From Flavobacteriales bacterium (GTDB lineage Bacteria > Bacteroidota > Bacteroidia > Palsa-965), in contig JBEIPA010000018.1 of assembly GCA_040377305.1 (NCBI GenBank), forward strand, positions 42,618-106,617: a stretch of DNA of 64,000 nt. Direction: 5' to 3'. Numbering within the stretch: position 1 is the first letter of the stretch; the number at the start of each line of letters is the position of its first letter. A model generated the notes under the pieces. That model was given only the letters and a program-made list of their open reading frames with translations, searched no databases and had not been told where the DNA came from. A program made the translations under genes and the position numbers. Positions 17,745 through 27,850 of the stretch are shown here, one piece after another.

Positions 17745-17987
17745 ATGGCAAAAAACACATCCATATCGCTGGGGGATCATTTCGAGAAATTCATTAGCAG
17801 TCGCGTTAAATCAGGACGTTATGGCTCAGCAAGTGAAGTAATCAGAACGGCCTTACGCATGCTTGAGAATGAAGAGAAGAAAGTGATTGCTCTGCGCAAA
17901 GCGATTGAAGAAGGAATTAACAGCGGAATTGTACACGATTTTGATCCGCAACAACATTTAAAAATGTTGAAAGCGCGGAAAAAGTAG
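17745..17987 (+). CDS. parD: Type II antitoxin, ParD family (RHH)
   Basis: NTSISLG..FI...V.SGRYGSASEVIR.ALR.LE. Confidence 0.92.
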   Translation: MAKNTSISLGDHFEKFISSRVKSGRYGSASEVIRTALRMLENEEKKVIALRKAIEEGINSGIVHDFDPQQHLKMLKARKK

Positions 17988-17989
17988 CA

Positions 17990-18289
17990 ATGGCGAAGTT
18001 TCTTTTCACTGAAGCCGCTATTCAGGATTTGACTTCCATTTGGGAGTACACCACGAGTGAATGGTCAAACGATCAGGCAGAAAAATACTATCAAATTATT
18101 CTGAGTGGCTGTAATAAGATTGCTCAGAAACCCCTTCTGGGCAAAGAGTATTTTGAAATTCCCGCTGGCTTATATGGTCAACATATTTCAAGACATATCA
18201 TATTCTATCTCCTGGTTGACAATTCAACAGTCCAGATCGTCAGAATTCTGCACGACAGCATGGACATTAAAAGCAAATTCCACGATTAG
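17990..18289 (+). CDS. parE: Type II toxin, RelE/ParE family
   Basis: AIQDLTSIWEYT..W..QAEKY; HIIFY; IVRILHDSMD; 2 nt after antitoxin. Confidence 0.9.
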   Translation: MAKFLFTEAAIQDLTSIWEYTTSEWSNDQAEKYYQIILSGCNKIAQKPLLGKEYFEIPAGLYGQHISRHIIFYLLVDNSTVQIVRILHDSMDIKSKFHD

Positions 18290-18295
18290 GAATTA

Positions 18296-19483
18296 TTAGC
18301 GAACCAGGGCATCCTTCTTCATCATCTCCCCCAACCTGTAATCATGATTGCAATTCTCGTACTTCATTGCAGTACGGAATTCTTTCATTGCATTGACTGC
18401 AGCATCGTGAGGAGGAATCGTTTTCAGATTCGGTTTGCCGCACCAGGTGATCACATCTTTCCAGGTGGTTGAAACGTTGATGGCGTTGAGTGACGCATAA
18501 CCATTCGGATGTTTCTTCCACGTCCAGAAACACCAGCCAACAAATTTGCTGTCGGGAGCGTTGAATGCGTCGAGTGTTTGCTGGAGCAAATCGTAGTTGT
18601 TCTCGCCCCATTCACCGCACCAAATAGGAACATCGAGTCGCTCGCGGGTTTGAATAAATGGATTCATCTTGTCCATCGGCTTTCCGCCCAACCAGGTGTA
18701 AATGTGGAAGCTGAACATCATGTTGTTGTCGGGCAGCTTCGTGAACATGGTAAAATCTTTCGCGAAATTGGTTCCTTCAATAATCACCATGTGGTTATTG
18801 TCGACACTCCGAATTGCTTTGATGATGCGATCATACATCTCCAGTAGATCAGGCTTACTCGATGGTGCGGGTTCATTCAGCAAATCATAACCTGCAATGA
18901 TGGTTTTGTTTGCATAACGACTCGCTATTTTCATCCAGAGATTCACCGTGGCTTGCTTGTTCGATTCGGTCTTCCACAAATTTGTTTTGATGGGATCACA
19001 AACGAAAAAGTTAGACTGTCCGCCAACAGCACCGTGCATATCGATTACTGCATACACATGATACTTCTCGCACCAATGCAACAGCGAATCGAGAATCTTC
19101 CAGCCCGAATACGAAGTATATGTTGAATCGAAAATGCGGTGATTGATTGGAATGCGCACCACATTAAATCCAAGCTCGCTGATTGCTTTGATATCGCTTT
19201 CGCCAATGAAATTCCGGTAAACATCTTCCTGCAGCGCGTCGAACTCTGCTTTTCCGGCAATCGTAGTCATGTTCTTTACGATGTCACCTTCCTTGGTTAA
19301 ACCGCCACCCCATATCCAACCTTCCCAAAGCAACCAGCCACCCAGGTTCACACCTTTGAGCTGAATAGGTTTGCCGGTACTGTCGATAATGGTTTGTCCA
19401 TCGCGGGAAATAAATGAGGAAGCCTGAATCGTGCACACATTCACGATCAGAAAGCACAACAGTATTTGTATTCTCATTTTCAT
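18296..19483 (-). CDS. Glycoside hydrolase family 5, secreted
   Basis: LKGVNLGGWL, GFNVVRIP, IDMH, YDLLNEP (acid/base), WCGEWG (nucleophile). Confidence 0.9.
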   Translation of the reverse strand: MKMRIQILLCFLIVNVCTIQASSFISRDGQTIIDSTGKPIQLKGVNLGGWLLWEGWIWGGGLTKEGDIVKNMTTIAGKAEFDALQEDVYRNFIGESDIKAISELGFNVVRIPINHRIFDSTYTSYSGWKILDSLLHWCEKYHVYAVIDMHGAVGGQSNFFVCDPIKTNLWKTESNKQATVNLWMKIASRYANKTIIAGYDLLNEPAPSSKPDLLEMYDRIIKAIRSVDNNHMVIIEGTNFAKDFTMFTKLPDNNMMFSFHIYTWLGGKPMDKMNPFIQTRERLDVPIWCGEWGENNYDLLQQTLDAFNAPDSKFVGWCFWTWKKHPNGYASLNAINVSTTWKDVITWCGKPNLKTIPPHDAAVNAMKEFRTAMKYENCNHDYRLGEMMKKDALVR

Positions 19484-19492
19484 AAATACAAG

Positions 19493-20467
19493 TTACATGG
19501 AATGTTTTTTATCCGGCAGCATATTCTTTTCTGTCCAGTCGAGTCGTTGCTGCATGGGCGACTTTCTATGTGCACAGCCTTCCACCGGACAAACCGCACA
19601 ACTTGGAGTAAGGCAAGGATCAGCATGAATAAAAAATTCCATCTCTGCTCCCATTTCTGTCTGCAACAAATGTTCCAAAGCTGAGACTTCTGTATGCGCT
19701 TCTTCGAGTGTATAATACCACGGCAATGTAATATGCGCATCTACATGCAGCACCGAACCATATTTCAGTACACGCAAATTGTGAATGTCAATCCATTGCG
19801 GCCTTCTCTTCTCGTTGAGAATCCGGATCATCAATTTAATCTTGTCCTGATCCTGTTCATCCAATAAATTCGCCAAAGACTCCCGCACGATTTTATATCC
19901 GGTGTACATGAGATAACTTGCGAGCAATAACGCAAGCGCGTTGTCTATCCATTTTAATCCGGTGAAATATATCAGCACCATTCCTACAACCAATCCTATA
20001 CTGGAAATGGTATCGGAAATAAGATGTCTCCCGTTGGCAACCATCAAAGAAGAATCCTGACTCTTACCGCGCTTCACGAGAAAATATCCCATGATGAAAT
20101 TTATGCCTCCGGATAAGGCCGATAACATTGCACCGATTTCCGGTTTGTGGAATTCCGGTGGAGTAATCAATCCCTGTATTGAATGGTAGAAAATAAATCC
20201 ACCGGCCAGTGTGACTAACGCTCCTTCAAATCCGGCTGAAACAAATTCAATTTTGCCGTGACCGTACGGATGATCTTCATCACGCGGACGCGCTGCATAC
20301 ATCATGCTGAACATAGCGAATGTACCCGCAGCAACGTTTACGATACTCTCAAATGCATCTGTTAGAATTGCATTGGAATGGGTAATGTACCACGCAAAAA
20401 ACTTCAGGCCCATCAGCAGAACGCTGAAGAGCAACATTACTTGCATGACGCGTACTTTGCGCTTCAT
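19493..20467 (-). CDS. Cation diffusion facilitator transporter (FieF-like)
   Basis: DAFES, DEDHPYGHGKIE, HLISD, C-terminal IHADPC. Confidence 0.92.
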   Translation of the reverse strand: MKRKVRVMQVMLLFSVLLMGLKFFAWYITHSNAILTDAFESIVNVAAGTFAMFSMMYAARPRDEDHPYGHGKIEFVSAGFEGALVTLAGGFIFYHSIQGLITPPEFHKPEIGAMLSALSGGINFIMGYFLVKRGKSQDSSLMVANGRHLISDTISSIGLVVGMVLIYFTGLKWIDNALALLLASYLMYTGYKIVRESLANLLDEQDQDKIKLMIRILNEKRRPQWIDIHNLRVLKYGSVLHVDAHITLPWYYTLEEAHTEVSALEHLLQTEMGAEMEFFIHADPCLTPSCAVCPVEGCAHRKSPMQQRLDWTEKNMLPDKKHSM

Positions 20468-20480
20468 TTTTTCGGTTAAG

Positions 20481-20505
20481 AAAAAGCCCCGGTTTTCCGA
20501 GGCTC
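20481..20505 (-). terminator. Probable terminator of the FKBP operon
   Basis: Minus strand AGAGCCTCGG-AAAA-CCGGGGCTTTTT. Confidence 0.7.
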
Positions 20506-20509
20506 TTCC

Positions 20510-21379
20510 TTATTTAATGTTGATCAGATGCATATCGAATATCAGATCTGCTTTGCCAGGTATCATCGGCGGGCGACCATTTGCTCCGTACGCAAGTTGA
20601 TAAGGAACAATAATTTGAGCCTTCTCTCCTTTGTGCAGCAAGTTCACAGCTTCTGTCCATCCTGCAATCATCGGCGCAACTCCACACGCGTACGTGTAAG
20701 GCTGTCCGCGATCTACTGATGAATCGAACATATAACCGTTAAGCAAATAGCCGCTGTAATCGAGCGTAACTTGTTGTCCGCGTTTCGGAAGTGCACTATC
20801 CGGATGTGTTTCGAACATGATCATTTTCAATCCAGATGGAGTTGTGATCGTGTCTTTTCCGGTTCCATCCCACTTCGTTGGTTTCTTGATCACATCAACC
20901 ACTTCCACTTCGAAAGTAAGATCGCTGTTTGCAGGAATTCCCGGACGGGCATTAGCACCATACGCATACTTCGCAGGCACTTTCATAATTGCTTTGTCTC
21001 CCGCGTGAAGATATTTCACAACAGAATCCCAACCTGCAATTACTTCGCCACCACGACCCGGATGAAATCCGTAAGGAACATTTCCATGACGGGAAGAAGC
21101 ATCAAATACATTGCTCGTGTCGCCGGTGAAATAACCCTTGTACAAAACCAGTGCGCGATCCTCTGGAGTTTTCGGAAGAGGTCCGTTACCGGCATGGGTA
21201 ATCGTGTACTCAATTCCGCAAGGCAACACCACGGCAACGGGCTTCTTTACTTTTTTAGAAGTCCACTTTCTTACCACACCATCTGCTGGTGGAGGATCTT
21301 TTTTTCCTTTCGCTGCCATGCAGGCAAATAGCCCTGCAACTCCAACGAAAATGATTAATGCGCTGTGACGGAATTTCAT
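20510..21379 (-). CDS. FKBP-type PPIase with two FKBP domains (probable lipoprotein)
   Basis: Two VFDAS/MFDSS..VIAGW/MIAGW..AYG..IP..DL.F repeats; LFAC lipobox-like. Confidence 0.9.
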   Translation of the reverse strand: MKFRHSALIIFVGVAGLFACMAAKGKKDPPPADGVVRKWTSKKVKKPVAVVLPCGIEYTITHAGNGPLPKTPEDRALVLYKGYFTGDTSNVFDASSRHGNVPYGFHPGRGGEVIAGWDSVVKYLHAGDKAIMKVPAKYAYGANARPGIPANSDLTFEVEVVDVIKKPTKWDGTGKDTITTPSGLKMIMFETHPDSALPKRGQQVTLDYSGYLLNGYMFDSSVDRGQPYTYACGVAPMIAGWTEAVNLLHKGEKAQIIVPYQLAYGANGRPPMIPGKADLIFDMHLINIK

Positions 21380-21384
21380 ACTGA

Positions 21385-22332
21385 TTATTGTTCCATTGGT
21401 TTCGCTTCAACAACCTCTACTTCGAATACACGAGTAAGACTGTCGTTGTAACCTTGCTTCGGAGGAAGAATGAAAACAGATTTTCCTTTGTCTTTCATCT
21501 TCAATACGCTGTTCGTGAAGCCCGGGATCATCGGATCAAGACCAAGACGGAATGTCATTGGATCTTGTCCTTCAACCAATGTGTTTGCATCGAAAATTGT
21601 GCCATCGAGGTAAGTTCCTGTGTAACGGAGGCTCACCACCATTCCCGGCATCAATTGTACGCCAGTTCCCGGAACAGTTTCCTGATAGTAGATTCCGTTT
21701 TCATCAGGCTGTGCTGTGATTTTGTGTTTCGCGAGATAAGGCTTCAACAAAGAACCGTCGATTTTTTTCAACGACTTTGACATGGAGTCTGCCTTCTGTT
21801 GGATAGGCATCATCACCGCCTGGATCTTCATCATCATATCCTGCTGCTTCTGACGTTCAGCTGCTGCTTTCGTCTGGAGCTCATCAACTTTTGTTTTTGT
21901 GTAGATAGAGTCTACAGAAACAGTGAAGCCAAGGTATTCCATGGTGTCGTGTGCTGCATCGAATACGAACTCATCAGGATAATATTTCTTCAGTGAATCC
22001 ATGCGAACGAAGAACGATACGCTATCGCCAACATGAAGACGGCTCATGATATCCAGGAAATCGCCTTTGAATTCTGAGCTATCCATGCGCATTGGATACG
22101 ATGGAGAACGCGATTCTTTGTTCACGTCGATGAAGATGGAATCCTTCATGTCTTTGAACTTGATCTTGATGAAGATGGCTCCACCTAATTCAACAGTTTC
22201 TTTTCCTTCACCTTTTTTGTGTGACTGGAACCAAGAACCGTTTTGTTCAGCCTCATAACCTGGCCACGGACTTACTGGACCGCAAGCAACCAGAAATGCT
22301 GCAGCAACGAATGCAAAAATTGACTTCTTCAT
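21385..22332 (-). CDS. FKBP-type PPIase lipoprotein
   Basis: LVAC lipobox; C-terminal YTGTYLDGTIFD..MIPGF; degenerate N-terminal FKBP-like domain. Confidence 0.85.
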   Translation of the reverse strand: MKKSIFAFVAAAFLVACGPVSPWPGYEAEQNGSWFQSHKKGEGKETVELGGAIFIKIKFKDMKDSIFIDVNKESRSPSYPMRMDSSEFKGDFLDIMSRLHVGDSVSFFVRMDSLKKYYPDEFVFDAAHDTMEYLGFTVSVDSIYTKTKVDELQTKAAAERQKQQDMMMKIQAVMMPIQQKADSMSKSLKKIDGSLLKPYLAKHKITAQPDENGIYYQETVPGTGVQLMPGMVVSLRYTGTYLDGTIFDANTLVEGQDPMTFRLGLDPMIPGFTNSVLKMKDKGKSVFILPPKQGYNDSLTRVFEVEVVEAKPMEQ

Positions 22333-22347
22333 TTTTTGATTTTGATA

Positions 22348-23199
22348 TTATCGGGTGTGCACTAATTCAACTGTATAAATCACCGGCGTATTTGGAGGTA
22401 CAATTCCAGCGGAACCTCCCGATCCAAAAGCCAGCCGCGAAGGTAAGATTATTTTAGCCTTTCCACCCTCCTGCATTCCTGCTAAAACGCGCTTGATTCC
22501 GGGTAAAACCTGCCCTTCGTCGCCCCAGGTAAATGAGAAACCACCATACGATTCACTGTCATCGAAAATACGACCGTTTAAAAGCTGACCTCTGAGAATG
22601 ACTTCCACCGTATCGCCCTTCTCGGGTTTCTTGCCGGTGCCGGCCATATTCTCAATAAAAACCATTCCTACACTATCGGGAGTATAAGTCACAGAATCAC
22701 GGATGCAATACCTTTGGATCATGAGAATTTCGTCCGCATCAAAATCGCGTTTCGATTCCCGATCGGCAACTTCATCAGCGGTTAAGATGGCAACCACCTT
22801 CACGTTCATCACAATACTTCCGGTGTCGGGCATACCCGGAAGCAAAAGGTCGCTACCCGGAAGAATGAATGTTGCACTATCGCCTTCGGAAAGAACACTG
22901 AAGTAGCGACTTGCACTCGATTGCATGAAAATGGTTCCTGAGCCGGTTTCGAGTTGCGAATCATAGATCACTTCGTCGCCGAATTTGTTGATCATGATTA
23001 CTTCGTAGAAATCTTCTTCGCCCGCTTTCTTTCCGGATTCTCCGGGCATGTGAAGCATGTAATAAACGCCGGGTTCAGCTTCAGAATAACCCGGATATTT
23101 AGAATCATCTCCGCAGGAAGAAACTACCAGTAGAAACGGTAGTAGCAGTAAGAGCAAATTTCGGTGATGACTAGCGGAGAGAGTGCAACTTAATTTCAT
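22348..23199 (-). CDS. FKBP-type PPIase lipoprotein (start uncertain)
   Basis: VSSC lipobox; GQLLNGRIFD..VLPG..LAFG..VPPNTPVIYTVEL. Confidence 0.82.
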   Translation of the reverse strand: MKLSCTLSASHHRNLLLLLLPFLLVVSSCGDDSKYPGYSEAEPGVYYMLHMPGESGKKAGEEDFYEVIMINKFGDEVIYDSQLETGSGTIFMQSSASRYFSVLSEGDSATFILPGSDLLLPGMPDTGSIVMNVKVVAILTADEVADRESKRDFDADEILMIQRYCIRDSVTYTPDSVGMVFIENMAGTGKKPEKGDTVEVILRGQLLNGRIFDDSESYGGFSFTWGDEGQVLPGIKRVLAGMQEGGKAKIILPSRLAFGSGGSAGIVPPNTPVIYTVELVHTR

Positions 23200-23692
23200 A
23201 CATGACGCTTGAGCGCGGACCAATTTTGTCCTGATCGCCGGTTAAGCCATTCGCAAGATACGATGGCAGGATAAATCTCATTTTGTCGCCGGTCTGCATG
23301 AGCAATAAACCTTCATGCAAGCCCGATTCAACATAATCTTCTCCGACGCGAACATCTTTCAATGTGTCGCCTGAAGTGTAAACTTTGCTTCCGTCGAGCA
23401 AATAGATATCGTAAGTGACCTGGGCTGTTAATCCCACTTTCGCGGAATCACCACTGCCCTCTTCCATCGTCATGTAGCGCACACCGGTTTTGGTTTTGCT
23501 CATGGTCCAACTGTGACGAAGAATGTACTGGTCAATTTCGTCGTCCTGTCGTTGCGCATCCCATTGGTTCATCTGCTCGGAGATATACTCCACTTCCTGC
23601 GTGGAAAGCGGCTTCTTCTTCTTATCGGGTTCTTCTTCAGAACACGAAAAAAGAAAAATGAATAGCGGAAGTATTGCGATTATCCTGTTCAT
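23171..23692 (-). CDS. FKBP-type PPIase lipoprotein, GldI-like
   Basis: LFSC lipobox; TGVRY, GLHEGLLLM, ILPSYLA.G..GD..KI; directly follows nrnA as gldI does in Flavobacteria. Confidence 0.78.
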   Translation of the reverse strand: MNRIIAILPLFIFLFSCSEEEPDKKKKPLSTQEVEYISEQMNQWDAQRQDDEIDQYILRHSWTMSKTKTGVRYMTMEEGSGDSAKVGLTAQVTYDIYLLDGSKVYTSGDTLKDVRVGEDYVESGLHEGLLLMQTGDKMRFILPSYLANGLTGDQDKIGPRSSVMYEIKLHSLR

Positions 23693-23708
23693 TCTCTAAT
23701 AACGAAGT

Positions 23709-24725
23709 TCAGGAGTTTTTAAGTTGTTCGCTGTAGTCTGGCAGCAGAGATTTGAACTTTTTAACAACGTCTTCCAGCGAAGCGTCTGAAATTCCACCAG
23801 CTGCGTTCATGTGTCCGCCTCCGCTGAAATTTGCTCTGGAAAACTGGTTCACATCAAATTTCCCTTTCGAACGGAAAGAACACTTGATTTTTCCATCACG
23901 CTCGGAGAAAAACGCGGCAAATACAATTCCGCGAATGGTCAGTGCATAATTCACGAGTCCTTCGGTATCACCTTTCTTGTACTGGAATCGCTCGTGTTCT
24001 TCGTTACTCAGTGTGAAAAATGCTGTTTTGTATTCCATGAGAACCTGCAGCTTTTCACTGAGAGAAAATCCGAGAAGACGTATTCTGCTTTCGTGATTAT
24101 CGTCGTAAACACGATTATAAACTTCTGAATGTTTAGCTCCTCGTGCGATGAGATCAGCAACAACTCTGTGAGTAAATGCAGTCGTCGCCGGGAAACGGAA
24201 TGAACCTGTATCGGTCATGATTCCCGCATAGAGGCAATCAGCAATAGCTCCATCAATAAAATCGAGTTGATTCATCTCGGCGATGAATTCGTAAATCAAT
24301 TCGCAGGTAGAGCTTGCTTCGGTTTTATGGAGGGAATATTTTGCAAAATCGGATGGTTGCGGATGGTGATCAATCATCACTTTCGGAATGTTGAGTGATG
24401 CGAGAAACTGCCCTACCACATTGATGCGACCGAGATCGTTAAAGTCGAGACAGAAAATAAGTTCCGACTGTGCGAAAGCATCTTTTGCTTTTTTCATGTC
24501 CTTCTCTGCGTTAATCACGGTGTCGTGACCTTTCATCCACCAGAGAAATTCAGGATAATCGTTCGGGACAATTACCGAAACGGTATGACCAGCTTTGATA
24601 AGATAGTTGCTCAATCCGAGTGATGAACCCATTGCGTCACCGTCGGGCGACCAATGTGTAACAATTGCAATCTTGCGAGGATTGGCGAGGAAAGGCTTAA
24701 GCGATTGGATAGATTCTGAGCTCAC
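23709..24725 (-). CDS. nrnA: DHH/DHHA1 oligoribonuclease / pAp phosphatase NrnA
   Basis: [30 protein letters not shown]. Confidence 0.93.
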   Translation of the reverse strand: MSSESIQSLKPFLANPRKIAIVTHWSPDGDAMGSSLGLSNYLIKAGHTVSVIVPNDYPEFLWWMKGHDTVINAEKDMKKAKDAFAQSELIFCLDFNDLGRINVVGQFLASLNIPKVMIDHHPQPSDFAKYSLHKTEASSTCELIYEFIAEMNQLDFIDGAIADCLYAGIMTDTGSFRFPATTAFTHRVVADLIARGAKHSEVYNRVYDDNHESRIRLLGFSLSEKLQVLMEYKTAFFTLSNEEHERFQYKKGDTEGLVNYALTIRGIVFAAFFSERDGKIKCSFRSKGKFDVNQFSRANFSGGGHMNAAGGISDASLEDVVKKFKSLLPDYSEQLKNS

Positions 24726-24804
24726 AGAGGGAAATTCGGTGTTTTAGAGGGTCAAATTTAAGGTTAAAAGAGGCGGCATGGTCTTTCAAAGCAGAAATAA
24801 TACC

Positions 24805-24812
24805 TACTTTTG
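24805..24812 (+). promoter_or_regulatory. -7 promoter box for ndk
   Basis: TACTTTTG. Confidence 0.65.
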
Positions 24813-24871
24813 CACTCGATTTCGACGTCCGTTTAGGTCTAGAAACAACTGAATTTCAACTAATCACAAAT

Positions 24872-25291
24872 ATGGCAACGAATAGAACATTTACAATGAT
24901 TAAACCTGATGCAGTTGGAAACAACTACATCGGACCAATTCTCGCAAAAATCAACGAAGCAGGTTTTCGCATTGTTGCAATGAAATACACTCGTTTGAGC
25001 GCAGAAATGGCTGGACGTTTTTATGAAATTCACAAAGAGCGCCCGTTTTACGGAGAACTCGTTGAGTACATGTCTTCAGGTCCAATCGTTGCTGCAATTC
25101 TTGAAAAGGACAATGCGGTTGCTGATTTCCGCAAACTGATTGGTGCAACTGATCCGTCTAAAGCTGAACCAGGAACTATCCGCGCAATGTATGCGAAGTC
25201 AATCGCTGCAAACGCAGTTCACGGTTCTGACTCTGACGAAAACGCTGAGATCGAAGGCAACTTCTATTTCGCGCAGACTGAACGGTTCTAA
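24872..25291 (+). CDS. ndk: Nucleoside diphosphate kinase
   Basis: [23 protein letters not shown]. Confidence 0.98.
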   Translation: MATNRTFTMIKPDAVGNNYIGPILAKINEAGFRIVAMKYTRLSAEMAGRFYEIHKERPFYGELVEYMSSGPIVAAILEKDNAVADFRKLIGATDPSKAEPGTIRAMYAKSIAANAVHGSDSDENAEIEGNFYFAQTERF

Positions 25292-25306
25292 ATCGAATTC
25301 CGCTGT

Positions 25307-25346
25307 AAAAGGTCCTCTTGGCTTCTTGTCAGGAGGCCTTTTTTTT
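25307..25346 (+). terminator. Terminator after ndk
   Basis: AAAAGGTCCTCTTGGC..GTCAGGAGGCC-T8. Confidence 0.75.
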
Positions 25347-25521
25347 ACCACATAGATAATGTTGATGCCCGCCGTTTACTAAGGTGTTTGCGAAAAGCAA
25401 ACAGAACATAGATTACATAGGGACATTCGATGTCAATTTTCCCTATGTATTCTATGTTCCGATTTCGTTTTTACGAAATCGCCTTTTAGAAAACAACAGT
25501 ACTCAAACCTATGTGGTAAAA
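25343..25521. repeat. ~180-bp rod-like palindromic element
   Basis: TTTTACCACATAG / CTATGTGGTAAAA termini; inner GAACATAGATTACATAGGGA / TCCCTATGTATTCTATGTTC. Confidence 0.8.
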
Positions 25522-25523
25522 TA

Positions 25524-27602
25524 TTAGAACTCAATTACCCTGGCACCCTGCTCTCCATTAACATGCACGGGAATCTTTCTACGCAAGCCTTCTTCCTTCC
25601 ACTTCTCGACCCATTTTGATTTCACTTCGCCGGTGAGAATGATTTCGTTGGTCTCGACATCCTGCATTTCTTCCAGGAGCCAGAAGTTTTTTCCGTGAAT
25701 GATAAATGCATCGAACGTAATGGCAGGAACCAGTGTATCCGGTCCTAGCCAGTAGTTCCGCTCGCCTTTGTTTAGAAATCCATTCTGCAAACTGAATATT
25801 TCTGTTTTCGCGGAATCGGTTTCAGTGAGACTCACCTTATTGAATTCAGTTATTCCGATTTTTTTGTAACGCGGTTCAACATGAAAATTGAACTGATCCG
25901 GTTTCATGAGCGTCACACTATCCGTTATCAGGGTTACTTCCCCGTTCTCAACAATTCCGATAACCATTCCTTTGTTGATGTGGAAGATGGTGATTTCGTT
26001 TACAGAAGTGTTGAGACGTCGGCCCGCTGCAACGCATACAAATAAAATCACAAGACACGATGCTGTTGCAATCACGGCCCGTTTCATTTTCAGGTGGAAG
26101 GCAAACAGCACACCCGCAATCACAGCGTACAACAGAATTATTTCCAGCAAATTCCACCCTGATGTTTCGACAATGGCGGCAGGTAAATATTCGGTATAGC
26201 TCACAGAAGAATTCAATAGTGAAATCAGAAATCCGAATACAACAGCGAATACCGTTGCGAGCCATGTCCACCAGGAAACTGCAAGAAAAACTAATCCGGC
26301 ATAAAGACAAATCGTCGAGAGCGGTATGATCACAAGATTAGTCAGAACAAACCATGTTGGAAATTGCTGGAAAAAATAAAGTCCGAGCGGAAACGTGAAT
26401 ACCTGTGCTGCGATTGTAACAGAAATCAGACTCCACAACGGTTTCATGATTTTGGAGCGAGGATTCCACCATGCTTCCACCATAGGCTGCACGATTACGA
26501 TTCCGGCTACTGCACAATACGAGAGAAGAAATCCTGCATCTTCTACAAGCAAGGGATCCATGATGAGCAGAATAATTGCAGAAGCAGCAAGTGTATTCAG
26601 CAAATGAGATTTTCGGTTGATGATTTTTCCGGTGATGATCACAGACAACATGGTCACCGAACGCAACACCGATGGAGACATGCCGGTCATGAATGCATAA
26701 AACCAAATCACGAAAAACTGTATCGCAAAGCTGATCCACTTTCCGTGTTTGCGTTTTTCCAGTGGAGCGAGCAGTTTCAGCAAGACAACGAACACCAGTG
26801 CGACGTGCATACCTGAGACAGAAAGCACGTGCAAAGTTCCGCTCGCAGAATACGAAGCCAGAAGTTGCGGATCGATTTCAGAAGCTTGTCCGAGCAACAG
26901 CGCCTCACTCACGGCGAGTTCTTGCCCGCTCAATCCGGCAACAATCATCCGTTCGCGGAAATAATTCCGGAGTTCCAGTGCACGTGCCTTTACCCAAGAT
27001 GGTTCGGTGTGACCTTTCTTCTGCCAATCTTCCTTCGCGAAACAAACGAAAGCAATTCCTTTTCGTTCCAGCCATCCTGCGTAATCGAACTCGTCCGGAT
27101 TCATTGGTGGTGTTGGCGATTGAACTCCTTTCATCACGAATAGTTCGTCGCCAAACCGAAGCAGTTCCGACATGGCATTACGTTGCACATACAACATTGT
27201 TTTAGCGTTGCACGGTTGCCATGCCGAGTCCACCAAAACTGCTGTTACTTCTGCGATGCAGCGAATGTTATTCTCCTTCGCTTCCGGATCGCTGAGAATG
27301 CGCACCATCACCGGAACCTCTTTTGTCACAGAAGCTTCGGAAGTGTCGAAGGAATTTTCGTGGTACTCGCGCAACATCATTCCGCTTGCGAGCATGAACA
27401 GAAAAATCACGATGCCATTTGCCGGATAAAACGAAGATGACTTTTTCAGCAGGAAATGTGTGGCGGCGACACCGATTAGTGCGGCACAACCGAAGACGAT
27501 CAGAATGGCTGGCGATAAATCCCAAATGCATGCAGCGACAATTCCGAAGACGAACGGAATGAGAAGTCGCACCAGCGGGTATGGGGCAAGGAATTTTTGC
27601 AT
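25524..27602 (-). CDS. comEC: ComEC/Rec2 family competence protein
   Basis: PPMNPDEFDY (DUF4131), ALLLG, HVLSVSGMHV, SPSVLRS, GFLLSY; many TMs. Confidence 0.92.
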   Translation of the reverse strand: MQKFLAPYPLVRLLIPFVFGIVAACIWDLSPAILIVFGCAALIGVAATHFLLKKSSSFYPANGIVIFLFMLASGMMLREYHENSFDTSEASVTKEVPVMVRILSDPEAKENNIRCIAEVTAVLVDSAWQPCNAKTMLYVQRNAMSELLRFGDELFVMKGVQSPTPPMNPDEFDYAGWLERKGIAFVCFAKEDWQKKGHTEPSWVKARALELRNYFRERMIVAGLSGQELAVSEALLLGQASEIDPQLLASYSASGTLHVLSVSGMHVALVFVVLLKLLAPLEKRKHGKWISFAIQFFVIWFYAFMTGMSPSVLRSVTMLSVIITGKIINRKSHLLNTLAASAIILLIMDPLLVEDAGFLLSYCAVAGIVIVQPMVEAWWNPRSKIMKPLWSLISVTIAAQVFTFPLGLYFFQQFPTWFVLTNLVIIPLSTICLYAGLVFLAVSWWTWLATVFAVVFGFLISLLNSSVSYTEYLPAAIVETSGWNLLEIILLYAVIAGVLFAFHLKMKRAVIATASCLVILFVCVAAGRRLNTSVNEITIFHINKGMVIGIVENGEVTLITDSVTLMKPDQFNFHVEPRYKKIGITEFNKVSLTETDSAKTEIFSLQNGFLNKGERNYWLGPDTLVPAITFDAFIIHGKNFWLLEEMQDVETNEIILTGEVKSKWVEKWKEEGLRRKIPVHVNGEQGARVIEF

Positions 27603-27721
27603 GGGTTTTGGCTAACCCCGCAAGAGTTTAACTCCTGCAGGGTTATGCGCGTGCGCGAGTATAAGAACTTCGTCTGGCGCTAGTCGGTTACAAACGTTTG
27701 TAAACGGATAAACACGCAAAT

Positions 27722-27834
27722 TCGCGCGTTTGCACAAACTTTTCCAAAGTTTGCCGACGATGTTGAATCGACCGTATAGATACAGCGGTCATTTTTAAAC
27801 TGTCGTCCAACTTTGGAAAAGTTGTGCAGCGCGA
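27722..27834. repeat. ~110-bp palindromic element (AACTTTTCCAAAGTT-type arms)
   Basis: TGCACAAACTTTTCCAAAGTT..GACGA / TCGTC..AACTTTGGAAAAGTTGTGCA; inner GACCG/CGGTC. Confidence 0.8.
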
Positions 27835-27850
27835 TTCCTATCTTAGAACC

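Noticed and set aside
20771-21331. 186-aa plus-strand ORF and similar long antisense ORFs (e.g. 31733..32287, 34856..35425)
   Set aside because: Overlap well-supported genes on the opposite strand and show no recognisable motifs
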